From: a virus
Taxonomy: Duplodnaviria; Caudoviricetes
Strand: one strand, 5' to 3'
Length of the DNA: 54,767 nt
Virus record (IMG/VR): IMGVR_UViG_3300025098_000057
Coordinates: 1-54,767 of that record
Shown: positions 15,001-21,704 of the stretch, piece after piece
Position numbering within the stretch: the first letter of the stretch is position 1
Layout: each line of letters starts with the position of its first letter
The notes under the pieces: generated by a model
Seen by the model: only the letters and a program-made list of their open reading frames with translations
Databases searched by the model: none
What the model was told of the DNA's origin: nothing
Program-made: the position numbers and the translations under genes

Positions 15001-15749
15001 GCGGCTTCTTCAACAGCAATAGAAGATAAAATACCAAATGTATAAGCAGACTGTAGTCCAAGATTATTTACAAAAGCCATTTTACCACCTCTTGATGAGT
15101 TACCAATCATCATAGCTCTTTCAAACTCTCTAGAACTTTCTAAATCCGCAGTTGAAAAATAATCATCACCATCAAATAAATCACCAATAGACCTATAGGC
15201 AGACATAAAACCTGTCTTCACAAGACCGCCATAAACTTTACGCATTCTAGCCATATCATCATATACGGTAGTATTTTCATTATAATATGATTCATTGTCT
15301 GAATATGGATGCCATCCAAGATCATTAAAAGCAGAACTCATATAAAACCTATCAAAACTACTACGGTCTCTATCAGCATATGCATTTGGAGTAATGTAAG
15401 CATTTAGATTTTCTCTACCAGGCTCAAAATTTAAAATATCATTTGTTAAACCATCTGTTCCTTCTTGAGTATTTAATGATGGCGGTTCTTGCTGACTTGC
15501 CGGATTGTATTCCCCAACAGCATTAGTTGGAAACGGAGTATTCATATTACCAACAGCTGGTGGAAATACATTATTTATACTACTTGAATATTTAGTCAAG
15601 CTAGTTAAATATTCAGGATCCATATCATCCCTCAGCATATCTAAAGCTGGAGGAATCTGTAATTCACTTATTGGAGTATATTGGAATTGTCTATCTGGAA
15701 CACCCGGAGCAGGTTGTGGCAAATTGTTATTCAAATTATCTTCAGCCAT
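1..15749 (-). CDS. Giant virion-associated RNA polymerase polyprotein (two-barrel RNAP, zincin protease motif, N-terminal hydrophobic region); more than 5249 aa, truncated by the window edge
   Basis: ATG at 15749 (MAEDNLNNNLPQPAPG...), 2 nt after the stop of the 1038-aa gene. It is absent from the ORF track, which is what would happen if the frame has no stop inside the window. Manual spot translations in one frame give YKYHEAGHAVF (HEAGH 9237-9251), KVADAQLY (~5120-5140), MYGVRIPSQDKHSA (~3465-3506), EISGADFDIDI (DFDID 3363-3377) and an open frame at positions 3-59. DFDID is the catalytic motif of crAss-like virion RNAPs such as phi14:2 gp66. Confidence 0.93.
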   Translation of the reverse strand, partial: MAEDNLNNNLPQPAPGVPDRQFQYTPISELQIPPALDMLRDDMDPEYLTSLTKYSSSINNVFPPAVGNMNTPFPTNAVGEYNPASQQEPPSLNTQEGTDGLTNDILNFEPGRENLNAYITPNAYADRDRSSFDRFYMSSAFNDLGWHPYSDNESYYNENTTVYDDMARMRKVYGGLVKTGFMSAYRSIGDLFDGDDYFSTADLESSREFERAMMIGNSSRGGKMAFVNNLGLQSAYTFGILSSIAVEEAAIALGTLASGGSLGAAGGVRTASNIGRGLGALKDLFSVGGGARATRNMLSSMKSLSTAKGFFNAAVKRGENIANFLTPNSLQGIKAWNTTANGAQNLSNMAKVGRTFGGFYRDARALNYAASEGKMEAGMVYDEQLNEGYHALKARAEAEGRAMTTNELENIQDAAYKASYADAIGNTPFIYLSNNLLLGNALGGFNRGISRMMNNGMSGLAKKVTRVKPKINVKTGKFNKDVFGRIDAKTGIGETAKEIGAAYGRSGIKGVAGMGARGLLTYASMNVGEGIQEVYQEALAIGTRDYYNKILLDSSMAGYNAEKMSVYSAVETGITNLDSQMNERGFETFMSGFLMGGIVRGPQKLFFESLPKLYDRVANSKTYAENEKRREDYINSVMTTYNTAWNAQAEDPQAVFDMSKINLVSQVTASADINNSMVFNEMMTYKDAKDSAKFTNIYSLLDMGGVDFFREQLEDMGKMTDEELKDAIPELAPEDIKTGKARTRINNMIAQVDRLEKKYINEKDSYPNTFDPSQYKKGTKEHTLETIKFRAFEHARYIKMFADESFLDSVKRSESIMNDLSSDSVISKVAATDITNLLDIASIETEMFTLATNAASLQESLKEQEGQVAENSRKIIEFNSKKLDALNEIKTILTQAAEKPSEKETTADIEIYKQANKQELVEKLRKPFVNYLDIIAADRKGFVDGSRVDEVLMKLVDHDILTYRAKAYNKTLTYLTNPKRLNQLAADMVDGMKDVFENSRDSFKKSIEEYVSQNEINQFLNELDKAGVYPIPQEVTEFIKTNDVDVLQTFYAESGLVDPNFNAELFEDVQAIKEAYKLSQKPKEATEEEKQQTKKNDVAEKQVKLDEEVVDVLTAEGAEDIDFKYDKTNNNPFAKAMLDRLFKDYKLRQSQLKKASKKKAAWTSSLGQKYVKTYENLKKLYIAKIQDNVTEEELKSIINDDIQFGEFLNKSFESDSPSVYEILDIYDVRVKEILPNYVDEADTEADASGQTSGTFETDIDIDPDNIDFSSFPGDIDTDDSPTPSPPSAPQVETTAVAVQGKNFNVIEIAISQDDSIFRIVNKDGSAIEQDILDAGKIENNNFQRRAQANIALNILDALDLSDADPTFTFGGIEVYPGLDLKKTKGSNIGKEYVVYTSKQDIEGVKKPKLYLIPRDKYNDLVTKSKASLARTKAVLKVNENDFAKNFTIDEGETLLVGPKASRLERREAIGFYPIRLETSDGYQESAESFNARTQFILSNLTAKDVANLRFRITREENAGVETGDYNVNPTVEEANPLIKKIRSPFQVEVLLPEDQVGIMNRKLSETSLFYLTPGQTTIETIGFLPMRNIKALDKSENEIELDQPIEDKNLFYSIFKKIKGIGFEKHRDEVANNFTIQYAFENKVEDVIGNKQEVVVSFNDLQAEFDVINDFNLQLKSRYGYLKQGTKGYQENNLKELDQYTYDGATVVMTNNRVPNSTEVSTNIKFTNDTRVSVRETVKRQNAIKQQLQEAGIYESLQNMGRYVAVIKTTSGEIVGASLKSPTIQDETLDTLLLDLFTRAATTINANTNVVGGKYSVKDNGYNRRWNREFNERFYIATKKGYILNLNVTPDGSIQLELFSKRKLKKGGNLKIADFYLDQNEVKQYAKASQDRASFMDSKLKEIKEELTNYYTTLSNSPAVKPSKTLLSLVKEASTDIDLSNESFRKSFAKESGVNEIVDNTVTNLDPRVRFDYNLYLQTGLSPKDSYKDTSFIIKAGGTLTDTTSQKQSQEEEIESELGVETPTESISVDDELKKLVAKKTQLSKRLSGESKSQQVRRLKDNAEFQAVLKRINELSKGGYKIVGPNTGTMYDIAFINRSDLTTFTGWAAENLPEFITIKDIDTLENNLAEGFITLGKFSMDLKKIAGGIESLQGNIYVGARNKYKYHEAGHAVFRMLLTDEEQRSLLNAARERQMDELGEEYEKKVLEHREYFRAQGLVVPNRITSILEDSYLEEYIMDEFEVFKRNPRAAKVNSETKSWFNKLIEWIRSVLGLSKESEKDVVTEFFRDIDSGKFRNYSAVDNRFTRMELDENQELTLPNAMLLNNGVTREAFALLKIVEEDGSQRHVNQQLTDEVIRSIAARALDIQDLNADNFIEDSITQAYDEYVDLYDSERPRYNTADFVAQRQDLLDIESALLEQSDNILRGISEYLAIFDVKLEIEQELNEEAEESVGIRNVGDFNRDASMLGGVENAPVEIRKFLSTTALSRRDFFGNEELSPGVPIRIPIDPNKAFSGILKGVMNEMDQVKVLQRLDIYSQSNPNTKAVVDRIFDEFGISREEVEAGEITSTMTKPNEFNRLMKTIINFRTPYTITQRFRDEGTLHVINYSAFNRDAANSQIDSWAQAYITKRNALREEFVKNEVNDALDALLTYLDPNEASSITNVLLEEDTQYIHETLLEYVGISLSPNFIKYSILDMALSNTTTNQLEEETRVGQKEFYYGFTNVLPIEQDDIQTIKTLLADNKDLFSDTNEGMKSKMSKLSLRNAQFDENIGLSVFKNEDGNLVFGHQLPTYELSYTEELNDLENNGAKIDDLRESDTFLSENYLLKSPFFKQLSAEDRLHISRSGGSVTGKIGVDEDSNIEVGKTREAVTYGKQNGKEFLKNLIDTYFNNYNPAQGKVDTVSVITEFEGRTITEEKALAPILTRIIETSNTGNKVPLEVIKAVEKTVLENARITDEYIEAVIQNILTEFNNIQLESNPETRTQILIPDYNSDSNGLARKESTTLVDEEGEILIDDDGNPIVEYTKGYKFYEGGAEKLLKPAQGLVTDERRTSSFITSQVQAERLRNNKQKYVVYREQDAKKKINFVTEGETRKGLLSYKDESENATIHNFRVVSVNEDMTNPSIRQKYLKNFGDAIVEDKSSTHTFPIKIADKTFYTDVNQIGTFFSRSAKNKNKKFVVYEIIERKTEEEELDQALIEDLSQLGIDADTSLQEPIVDLTTGNEMYSFRSEYASSLLERDNETGEILDYDAFTQIQGAETKADIDKILKAKKISFTVDNEKIKNIVKIYIEDLISNDSPISESLFATEGPLKTEGKDKFSKQLALAISEVRDELKSKARQDGAEVGDYFIVNGYADALAEEARKAGKNQKLITLEEALSNIGSNLNEFKAYIRTRLDETYSGFAADLKNIMSDDFSSYLTSGLTTISGVETADTDKSNELLNLRKNVNYNLKQIYLNDYLMTTAWNQILHGNPAKSFSGPVNEVKRAKLKNLAIKNIQTISTFPEANITSPVEFIAAVPFEEPTNASTHSGEKIKVADAQLYGTTKSMLYELFGYGELTKPMLEILQKIELGETITEDEYFGAGGKIGFAKAQAMLHSRKLAYSDGKTQAKFSKTVLTFDYTSIDTGERVEKVLPNGETILKRVGRPNPLRPELHNLRVKLENLEEQQELLYGKNAIAVAGPLSVFKTYKYNVNPIEDLFNTEPNISPLQPENFMALDPKYYGLQLVKPTNKEEVTDPSQIRVLATAEQSDDVEVTIQGEKFKMKDIKKMYNFSNKEKLTLNYTGKRNTLFTFDIDFATDELQKSIKQGSITENLISFLKYAESSLRASQSSGQMISFFNLDDLLDKDYNLNSSITQRKFEQLFLSYFKESLKQKIPGDSAALLSDFGNGIYRRVYSLDENGIPDRQEVIRDLVYRENFGEFDGISILDGEFKSGDDKNITQSNLAKLIEESNGEGVIIIDRLRSNMKHYTDPRDENSWTGEREVETMFTAPNKEILRSANVIKDLSADAIENKFQKWIRNSNYSPKAETNIIRVDIEGFDINRSREEFASAFGFKYDKVDDTITFISQSVNIPELYSKMYGVRIPSQDKHSAQNVRVVDFLPTYYGSTIMSARELIEISGADFDIDIMYLHMKEYFEENGALLEYDNSFDHYTKYINKNVSKPGSTYSQALYRANYEGIAVEESDVLSKDALKALTILKLPKTQAEYDAYLKKHSYKVKDADGKTKIVSYPPYPAPMNNQILDFKVALLGNEAIVNADPTTGKAIAQTPADIEAFTEAWNIFREEFPELAETTNAEDLDSNTLWGKFRAFVNNKSANIGAVVLPNTYLSLIREYNIKLNQFKVKKNNKTFTTKNFLRFNQETYDSFSGNYERLENAKKGRRVQEIVSALVTVMTDNAAEQLAGKFNLNRNATALATNILEMQVPLKTTVRLINNPDIVSAYNNNSTANKAAQEIANKIIAYLQAFPELAGSDIAGSKNLKFQAAKMFRDFAYIPVKQIEITDELLGEAINNHVKWDDVSELEAAIEAGTIDVEYAQKRMNIFNEFLKANQITQFTRKMSGLMNMSKGLGTSLETVRDVSTSIKDLGLDLTDKQIEAMRVEDRPIMDLRPIMKDSFIGTYLDIHNELENVVLPTVFLSETEMFKDIVKTVTDNRDFVRSSDRSALIRDVLSYVTIKGYMYERQRRDPLLVARLSNDLLYSQQNNIVSIVEDTKRILGEETNTFLDIFSVPVGQFQEGNKTGMSMVVANTFARLTDDQRILIQSDFVKLFADGRTRQNAIDILHYMMIKDGLQLAYQGLVGALSPQVLNSYFGQIDLIHDAFKNNKKNNIPRLMGVTYDELINDFALKYPMMARASKYVTLLKTNNDNKIPIYNNELPIGVSSRDINESYVKENPETLFVIPDVESGIGVNTYSKIRKLDNVITIPYKKNIAETKGAYYKKADIEDYAQTLSDIFQKIEADMEKGRKVLLPKTFISRKELKTFKKSTSNSIITQLKGFLSENFGYSLYTGNIDQSLIGSLMNISNPNSVKVLGTSDLSIKNNSVYIDSSLANPTLIFQPFKGLMTYENVSDNAVEQLAFPRLDAKQFSKFESIRSFYRAIGIKPVEKTVKGRNITEFQFPPVLTYDFVGGAEAQTGATRKTRFVLKAVRSADPGASPLLFNSEKITRTGLYAEYVEEEVKGSYQASPIGFIFPGNIPAKSEIQATIQRANSPEGVDGSSAVDMTMDQFDTSIFESDGEDVTITPDVDT

Positions 15750-15751
15750 AG

Positions 15752-18700
15752 TTATTGTTTTGTTTTCTTATACATTTTTAAAAACGCTGCATTATTTTGC
15801 GCATTCTTTGTTAAGCTAGTTTGAGCATTGCTGACCCATTTATCATACCACGTACCTGTAGATACCTGACCAGCTTTTTGATCAGACATAGCTTTTCTTT
15901 GAGTTAAATTTACACTTTGTGTTTGATCAGATATATATTTATTACCGTTATTATCCCAAGTATACGGAGTTACAGAACCTATAAGCTCTCCTCTTTGATT
16001 TTTATATATCCTAATATCTCCTCCAGCAGGTATTATCTTTTTATACTGATCATTTTCAGATCTATCAATGTTGTATAATACAGATGAAAAGTTATCTATC
16101 TGAGAATTTGCCATAGGATTGATATCGGAATTCTTAGGGAATGTAAAAATTATTTCATTGTATGCATTTATATCTGCTGATGCAATTTTATGTGGAGATG
16201 CGGAACCTTTACCCTTTGTACTTTTACCTTTCATAACTTCCTTCATCCACTCATTATTTACTTTAACCATATATGCAGCTCCATTTTCTACACCTGTAAC
16301 TTTTGAGTTTGCATGAGGTAAATACTTTATTTCTAAATTAGGAGTTTTACCTTTAGTTTTTGGATCCTTAATAGCTCTTAGAACTGCGGAAGATACATCA
16401 TCTAAAATTTCTTTAGATAATTCTGAACCACCTGCAAATTCTTTAATATCATTTTTAGCACCATCATAAAAATTAACACTATATTCAGATTCAGGACCCT
16501 TAGAATTATACTGTTTAAACATATTTAATGCCATAGTCAAACCAACATCACTTGCTCTAGGCGACATTGGATCAAAAGATCCTTTGTAAATATTAGTCTG
16601 ATAAACATCTCCTACATTCATTTGCTCAGGAGAATAACCTTCCATTGCCATTCTTACATTAAACTTCTCATATATAGGATCTTCTGAATATGGGTTCTCT
16701 GCTCCCCCACTGTTGACTTTTTTAAATTGTTCTAATTGCCCTTTCCAAATATCATAAAATAAATTACCATCTTTTGCTACTTTAGATCTTCTATCACGGT
16801 CTGCACGTATAAAGTCAGGTGCACCAGCAAATATAGTTGGACCCATACCCATCATCCTATTTGCTGTTTGCAATTTTACATCTGTAATAGGTTTAAGCTT
16901 ATTGTTATTCATAGCACCAGGGATAGCCTTAAATTGACTTAAATCAATGTCTGAAGCCCAAGCCTCTAGTTTAGGTAAATATTCTTCAAAACTCATTTCT
17001 ACAGTATTACCATTCTCATCTTCTTTTAAAAACATTGGTATACCTTTTTTGTACATATCTATAAATGGCTTGGCGTCTGCACTGCCTAACTTCAAAAACT
17101 TTTCAAAGTTCTTTGCATTATTAAGATCATTCGCATCAGATATTACAGTAATTCTTTCAATTTCAGAATCTGCATCATTCAAAACTTTTAAAGATTCAAT
17201 AAATGCAGGATCTGCTGACTTACCGGGACCAATAGCTAAACCATCAGCATTTAAATATGCAGTTCCGCTACCATTGCTAGTCTCTGTAACCATTCTCTTT
17301 ATAAACTTAGCTGCCGTATTAGGTTTTTCTAACAATTGCTTTTTAATTTCTTGTAGTGTACCTCTTATACCAGTTTTACCTATATTATAAATATTGTCAT
17401 CACTTGGATTAAACTGAGCATAAATATCTAAAGCAGCATCTACCCCTCTTTCAAGCTGTGTAGATTCCATTTCGCCAATAAGATCCCTATTTTTATCAAA
17501 TAAATCTCCTTCTACATCTCCCATTGTTATTTGTGACCTTGATTGCTCTATTCCACCACCCATTGCCGCATCAAAAGCTGCAGCTATAGCATTCTTTCCG
17601 CCATCTTTTAATGTTTGTTTTTCTTCTTGTAAAAGGGAGTCATACATATACTTCCTTCTTTGTTTTTCAAAATCATGGGCGTAACCAAGATCTCTTGATC
17701 TAACCGTATTTTCTTTTAAAGAAACCTTTTTATGTGTAGCAGCATATTGTGTAGCAGCAGCAAGCAAATCTTTATTCATATTTGTTTGCATTACTATATT
17801 GTATGCTCTATTCAATAAACTATTTACATCTTGAGTATCAAGACCTTTATTATCACCTAATACATTTCTGTTTCTTTTTAGTTTATTTACACTATCTAAG
17901 TAAGCAGCTTCAACATCACTCATTTGCTGCTCTTCTTCAGAACCAGGTATAATACCTTGTTGTTGTTTATATGAATCCCATGATACAAGAACTGATCTTT
18001 CATTTGCAGCTTTCTCAGCAAGCATTACATTTTGAGCAGCAAGTTGCTGTTCATATGCACCTATTGTTTCAGTGGCCCATGCTGCTTGTGCTTGTTTAAC
18101 ATCTGCAAACTGACCAGACTCAATAGCATCTTTAGCAAAATCTCTAGATCTAACATATGTATCTGCATAGTAAGCATTTCTTACTTGAGGATCATCTAGC
18201 AAAGCATTTTGCATATCAAACATAGCTTGCTTAGTAATAAGTTCACCATTTTGTTGTGTTACAACCCAATCAGGATTAGCAGGATCCACATAATCTATTT
18301 CAACATCATAACCTTGAGCTTCTAGATAAGCTTTACCTCTTTGGAATAAATCTGCATCTGGTATGTATTCAGGAAGCGCCATTTGCAAAGCTTCTTGTTC
18401 AGATGCATTTACAAAGTCTTCCATATCATATTCCATCTTTCTAACACCAGTATCCCAATATTGCTCTCTAACAGAAGCATCAGATGAGTTTCTCATCATG
18501 TTTACCTTAGACCTTTCATTTATATATTGTCTAGTTTGAACAAGGTCTTTAACAATCAAATCGTCTTCAAAGAATGGTTTGAATATTGCTCTAGCTGCTT
18601 CTGCATTTTGCATTACAGATAAATCCATTCCAGAAGCTTTTTCTAACTGAGGAGCTAACGTCTCAGCAAATTGATTTCTCATTTCTTGAGTATCACCTCT

Positions 18701-18868
18701 TGATAAGTCGCCATATACAACTTTACTATATAGATCATTTACTGCTTTATAGTTAGTATTATATCTATTAGTTTTTACATCAAGTATATTTGATAAGAAC
18801 TTATAGTCCGGAGTAAACGGTTTGAAGTCCGGCATATATGATTTGACGCCTGGTATATAAGTTGCCAT
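15752..18868 (-). CDS. Large putative virion cargo/ejection protein (1038 aa)
   Basis: Long ORF with a helical/coiled-coil N-terminal half (MATYIPGVKSYMPDFKPFTPDY...), immediately upstream of the RNAP gene, where crAss-like phages place cargo genes. The function is inferred from position. Confidence 0.65.
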   Translation of the reverse strand: MATYIPGVKSYMPDFKPFTPDYKFLSNILDVKTNRYNTNYKAVNDLYSKVVYGDLSRGDTQEMRNQFAETLAPQLEKASGMDLSVMQNAEAARAIFKPFFEDDLIVKDLVQTRQYINERSKVNMMRNSSDASVREQYWDTGVRKMEYDMEDFVNASEQEALQMALPEYIPDADLFQRGKAYLEAQGYDVEIDYVDPANPDWVVTQQNGELITKQAMFDMQNALLDDPQVRNAYYADTYVRSRDFAKDAIESGQFADVKQAQAAWATETIGAYEQQLAAQNVMLAEKAANERSVLVSWDSYKQQQGIIPGSEEEQQMSDVEAAYLDSVNKLKRNRNVLGDNKGLDTQDVNSLLNRAYNIVMQTNMNKDLLAAATQYAATHKKVSLKENTVRSRDLGYAHDFEKQRRKYMYDSLLQEEKQTLKDGGKNAIAAAFDAAMGGGIEQSRSQITMGDVEGDLFDKNRDLIGEMESTQLERGVDAALDIYAQFNPSDDNIYNIGKTGIRGTLQEIKKQLLEKPNTAAKFIKRMVTETSNGSGTAYLNADGLAIGPGKSADPAFIESLKVLNDADSEIERITVISDANDLNNAKNFEKFLKLGSADAKPFIDMYKKGIPMFLKEDENGNTVEMSFEEYLPKLEAWASDIDLSQFKAIPGAMNNNKLKPITDVKLQTANRMMGMGPTIFAGAPDFIRADRDRRSKVAKDGNLFYDIWKGQLEQFKKVNSGGAENPYSEDPIYEKFNVRMAMEGYSPEQMNVGDVYQTNIYKGSFDPMSPRASDVGLTMALNMFKQYNSKGPESEYSVNFYDGAKNDIKEFAGGSELSKEILDDVSSAVLRAIKDPKTKGKTPNLEIKYLPHANSKVTGVENGAAYMVKVNNEWMKEVMKGKSTKGKGSASPHKIASADINAYNEIIFTFPKNSDINPMANSQIDNFSSVLYNIDRSENDQYKKIIPAGGDIRIYKNQRGELIGSVTPYTWDNNGNKYISDQTQSVNLTQRKAMSDQKAGQVSTGTWYDKWVSNAQTSLTKNAQNNAAFLKMYKKTKQ

Positions 18869-18927
18869 ATTACTAAATTAATAAAATTTATATCATTTTT
18901 AAATTAATGCAAATACACTTTTAATGT

Positions 18928-21702
18928 TTATTTGCCCATCATTCCTACATAAAATGGAACTGCAAGTTTTCTTTTCTTTGTGCTCCCACCTTGTTTCAGA
19001 GTATATGCTCCTGTAGTTGGTTGCATTGGCATTTGATATTGCATCGTTGTACCATAAGGCATAAGACTTGGATTGTTTCTCATTTCTCTCTGAAGATTTG
19101 TTTCTTGAGGAGATAAGCGTCTTTGCTGTTGTTGAGTATACATGTCCATAAAACCTTGCATAACCTCTTGTGAAGGTGCAGTTCCTGTTGTAGCTAATCT
19201 ATTGTATATATCAGTGTAAGGTTTTATAAAATCATACTCTCCTGGTATAGGTGCTGCCTCAAATGCTTTCTTCGAAAACTGACCTATTTGACCACCACTC
19301 AAAGGATTTATCTTATAGTAATCTTGAATTGAGTTCATGTTATATGTATTAGCTCTGTTTGTAGCAGCATTAGCTAATGTATTAGCGTATTGATCATTAT
19401 CAAAGTTTCTTTCATCCATATACATCTGAAGAACCTTTTGAGTATCATCGTATTGTTTAACTTTTCTATCTCTTCTTTCTCTGTTAATTAAACCATCATA
19501 TCTTGCTTGGATAGCGTTACCTCTATTTATAGTAGAAACATTTCTTTGATTTACTCTACCTATCTCATTTGCAATTGCAGTGGCAGCTTTACCTGCAGAT
19601 TGTGCAGTTCTTGCTGCTAATTGTTGAGCTCCGCCAAACATACCCGCAGCTTGAGTTTGAATCCCAAGTTGTTCGTTTATAGCAGCTATAGCTCTTGTAG
19701 GATCTTCTAATACATACTCTAAATCAACACCTTCTACATCCGGTTGATATGGAAGGAATGCTTTTCTCTTTCTATTATTTATAGCATTTAATTGAATTAA
19801 ATCTTGCAACCACCATTCTGCTTCTGGTCTAGCATATGTCGTTTCTAAATTTGAGGCTTCAATTTTCCTTATATCCTTTTCTTCATCAGGCTTTAAAATT
19901 TCCTCTTGTATTTCTATATCATTAGTAAGAGGTTTTAAAGGCGGTGCATTATGTGTATGCATACCATGCTTACCATCAAATCCAGAACCTGAAACATAAT
20001 CATAAAGAGCTGGATTCATAGTTGGAAAATCCTCTTTTAGATTTTTAGCCCAAGCATGCGAACTTAGAAAATCCTCAATAGTTTTATTTTTAAAATATGG
20101 TTGATATACTAAATCATTTGCTTTAGCTATTTCATAATTTTTCTTCTCATAAATCTCTTGGAACTCTCTCCAATGATCTCCTTTACCATCGTAATAATTC
20201 CAACCTTGAATTTCTTTAACCCAAGGGAATCTATTTTCAAATTCATTTTTAGATTCCTCATTAAGATAATCTTTACCAAATGATTTACCTTTTGAACCTT
20301 TAATTGTTCTTTGAAACTCAGGTCTGATTCCTTCATACTGTTCAGTTACATCAGGTCCTAAAATTATATTATTTTCATCCGCAAGAGCCTTAAGATAAGC
20401 TCTAAATCCTTCATCATATATATTAACTTTACCGGTGCTAACTCTTTTACCAGAGTCATCAATATCTCTAATAGTTTGTTCTTGCAATCCTATAGCTGGA
20501 TCTATTTTAGCTTCAATTAATGTTAACAGATCTGGATTATCAGTAACTAATTTACCAGATGAAACTAATTGTTTTAAAGCACTTGCATCATATCTATTTA
20601 CAAGATTAACAAATTCATCTTTATTTATTTCATTACCATTATGGCTATAAGATGAAGTTGCTGTTTTCCACCATTCTTTATCAATTGGAAATGGTATAGC
20701 AGCAATTTGTTCAAAAAGTGGAGTATCATCAGTTTCACTACCATCTTGATAAACTTCTAAGCCATCTCTTGCTATATCTCTATAAGGAACATCGGTTGTA
20801 TCTTGTTCACCCATAGTTTCTGGAGAGACTTCTGATTGCTGAGGCATTGTCATACCAGAATCAATCATTGTTTGTTCAGTTGCTGCATTAGCATTTTGAT
20901 CTACAGCTTGTTGTTCTGCTTGCTGTTGTTCAGCTGCAGCTTGCATTTGCTGCATCAATGCTATTCTTAACTGTTCTTCTTCAGGTAATTGCTCTAATGC
21001 TTCTTGTGCTGCTCTTTGTGCAGTTATTTCTTCAACTTGAGCTGTGAACTGAATTGGATCTATATCTTCTGATATCAAGAATGGATATGCAGCCATAGGC
21101 ACACCATCTCTAAAGTTTTTACCTTCCTCTTGTTTATATGCAAGATGAGAAAGACCTTCCATATTTTTCTTAAGCATCATCTCTGCAGACTTAACCTGAA
21201 TATCATCAGCATAATCATCATTGATTGCACCATAATATTTATTTAGGTCATACTTCTTAGAGACTTTTGCTGGAGTCATTTTCTTTCTAGAGTTTATACC
21301 AAACTCTGTCAAATCATCTTTTGATATCTTAGCTGATTTTGTATCTGAAAAAATAAAAGATTGATCTGGAAGATACATAGGTACACCACCGCTACTATGT
21401 CTAGGGCCTTTTATATCATACAAACCATAATTACCATCTTGATTTAAATCTGTAAGAACAGTTTCGCCACCTTCAGCTTCTAAATTAGCTAGATCTCTTG
21501 GAACATCAGATAGGCTATATCTAACTTCTGTTGAATCATCCTGAGTCATATTAGTACTTCCTGTAAAAGCAACTAAACCATAATCTTTCTGATCACCTGT
21601 TCTTAGTTCATCTGTAGAACCACCATGAGCCATCTTTTCAACAACTTGACCATTTCTTACTTCAAAACCTTCCGGTAAATTATTTATTTTAACTTTTGCC
21701 AT
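18928..21702 (-). CDS. Putative virion cargo protein (924 aa)
   Basis: N-terminal NLEAEGGETV...KGPRHSSGGVP...FIFSD segment resembles conserved crAss-like structural proteins, followed by Q/A-rich coiled coils. It lies between the muzzle and RNAP genes. Confidence 0.65.
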   Translation of the reverse strand: MAKVKINNLPEGFEVRNGQVVEKMAHGGSTDELRTGDQKDYGLVAFTGSTNMTQDDSTEVRYSLSDVPRDLANLEAEGGETVLTDLNQDGNYGLYDIKGPRHSSGGVPMYLPDQSFIFSDTKSAKISKDDLTEFGINSRKKMTPAKVSKKYDLNKYYGAINDDYADDIQVKSAEMMLKKNMEGLSHLAYKQEEGKNFRDGVPMAAYPFLISEDIDPIQFTAQVEEITAQRAAQEALEQLPEEEQLRIALMQQMQAAAEQQQAEQQAVDQNANAATEQTMIDSGMTMPQQSEVSPETMGEQDTTDVPYRDIARDGLEVYQDGSETDDTPLFEQIAAIPFPIDKEWWKTATSSYSHNGNEINKDEFVNLVNRYDASALKQLVSSGKLVTDNPDLLTLIEAKIDPAIGLQEQTIRDIDDSGKRVSTGKVNIYDEGFRAYLKALADENNIILGPDVTEQYEGIRPEFQRTIKGSKGKSFGKDYLNEESKNEFENRFPWVKEIQGWNYYDGKGDHWREFQEIYEKKNYEIAKANDLVYQPYFKNKTIEDFLSSHAWAKNLKEDFPTMNPALYDYVSGSGFDGKHGMHTHNAPPLKPLTNDIEIQEEILKPDEEKDIRKIEASNLETTYARPEAEWWLQDLIQLNAINNRKRKAFLPYQPDVEGVDLEYVLEDPTRAIAAINEQLGIQTQAAGMFGGAQQLAARTAQSAGKAATAIANEIGRVNQRNVSTINRGNAIQARYDGLINRERRDRKVKQYDDTQKVLQMYMDERNFDNDQYANTLANAATNRANTYNMNSIQDYYKINPLSGGQIGQFSKKAFEAAPIPGEYDFIKPYTDIYNRLATTGTAPSQEVMQGFMDMYTQQQQRRLSPQETNLQREMRNNPSLMPYGTTMQYQMPMQPTTGAYTLKQGGSTKKRKLAVPFYVGMMGK

Positions 21703-21704
21703 TC

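Noticed and set aside
1-15749. Apparent 15.7-kb gene desert in the ORF track
   Set aside because: This is an artefact: the region is one reading frame with no stop inside the window.
18869-18885. TAATTTAG as an additional promoter upstream of the 1038-aa gene (similar TAAATTTA at 37440-37447)
   Set aside because: Both are too degenerate for AT-rich DNA, and the 37440 copy has no correctly spaced upstream TTG.
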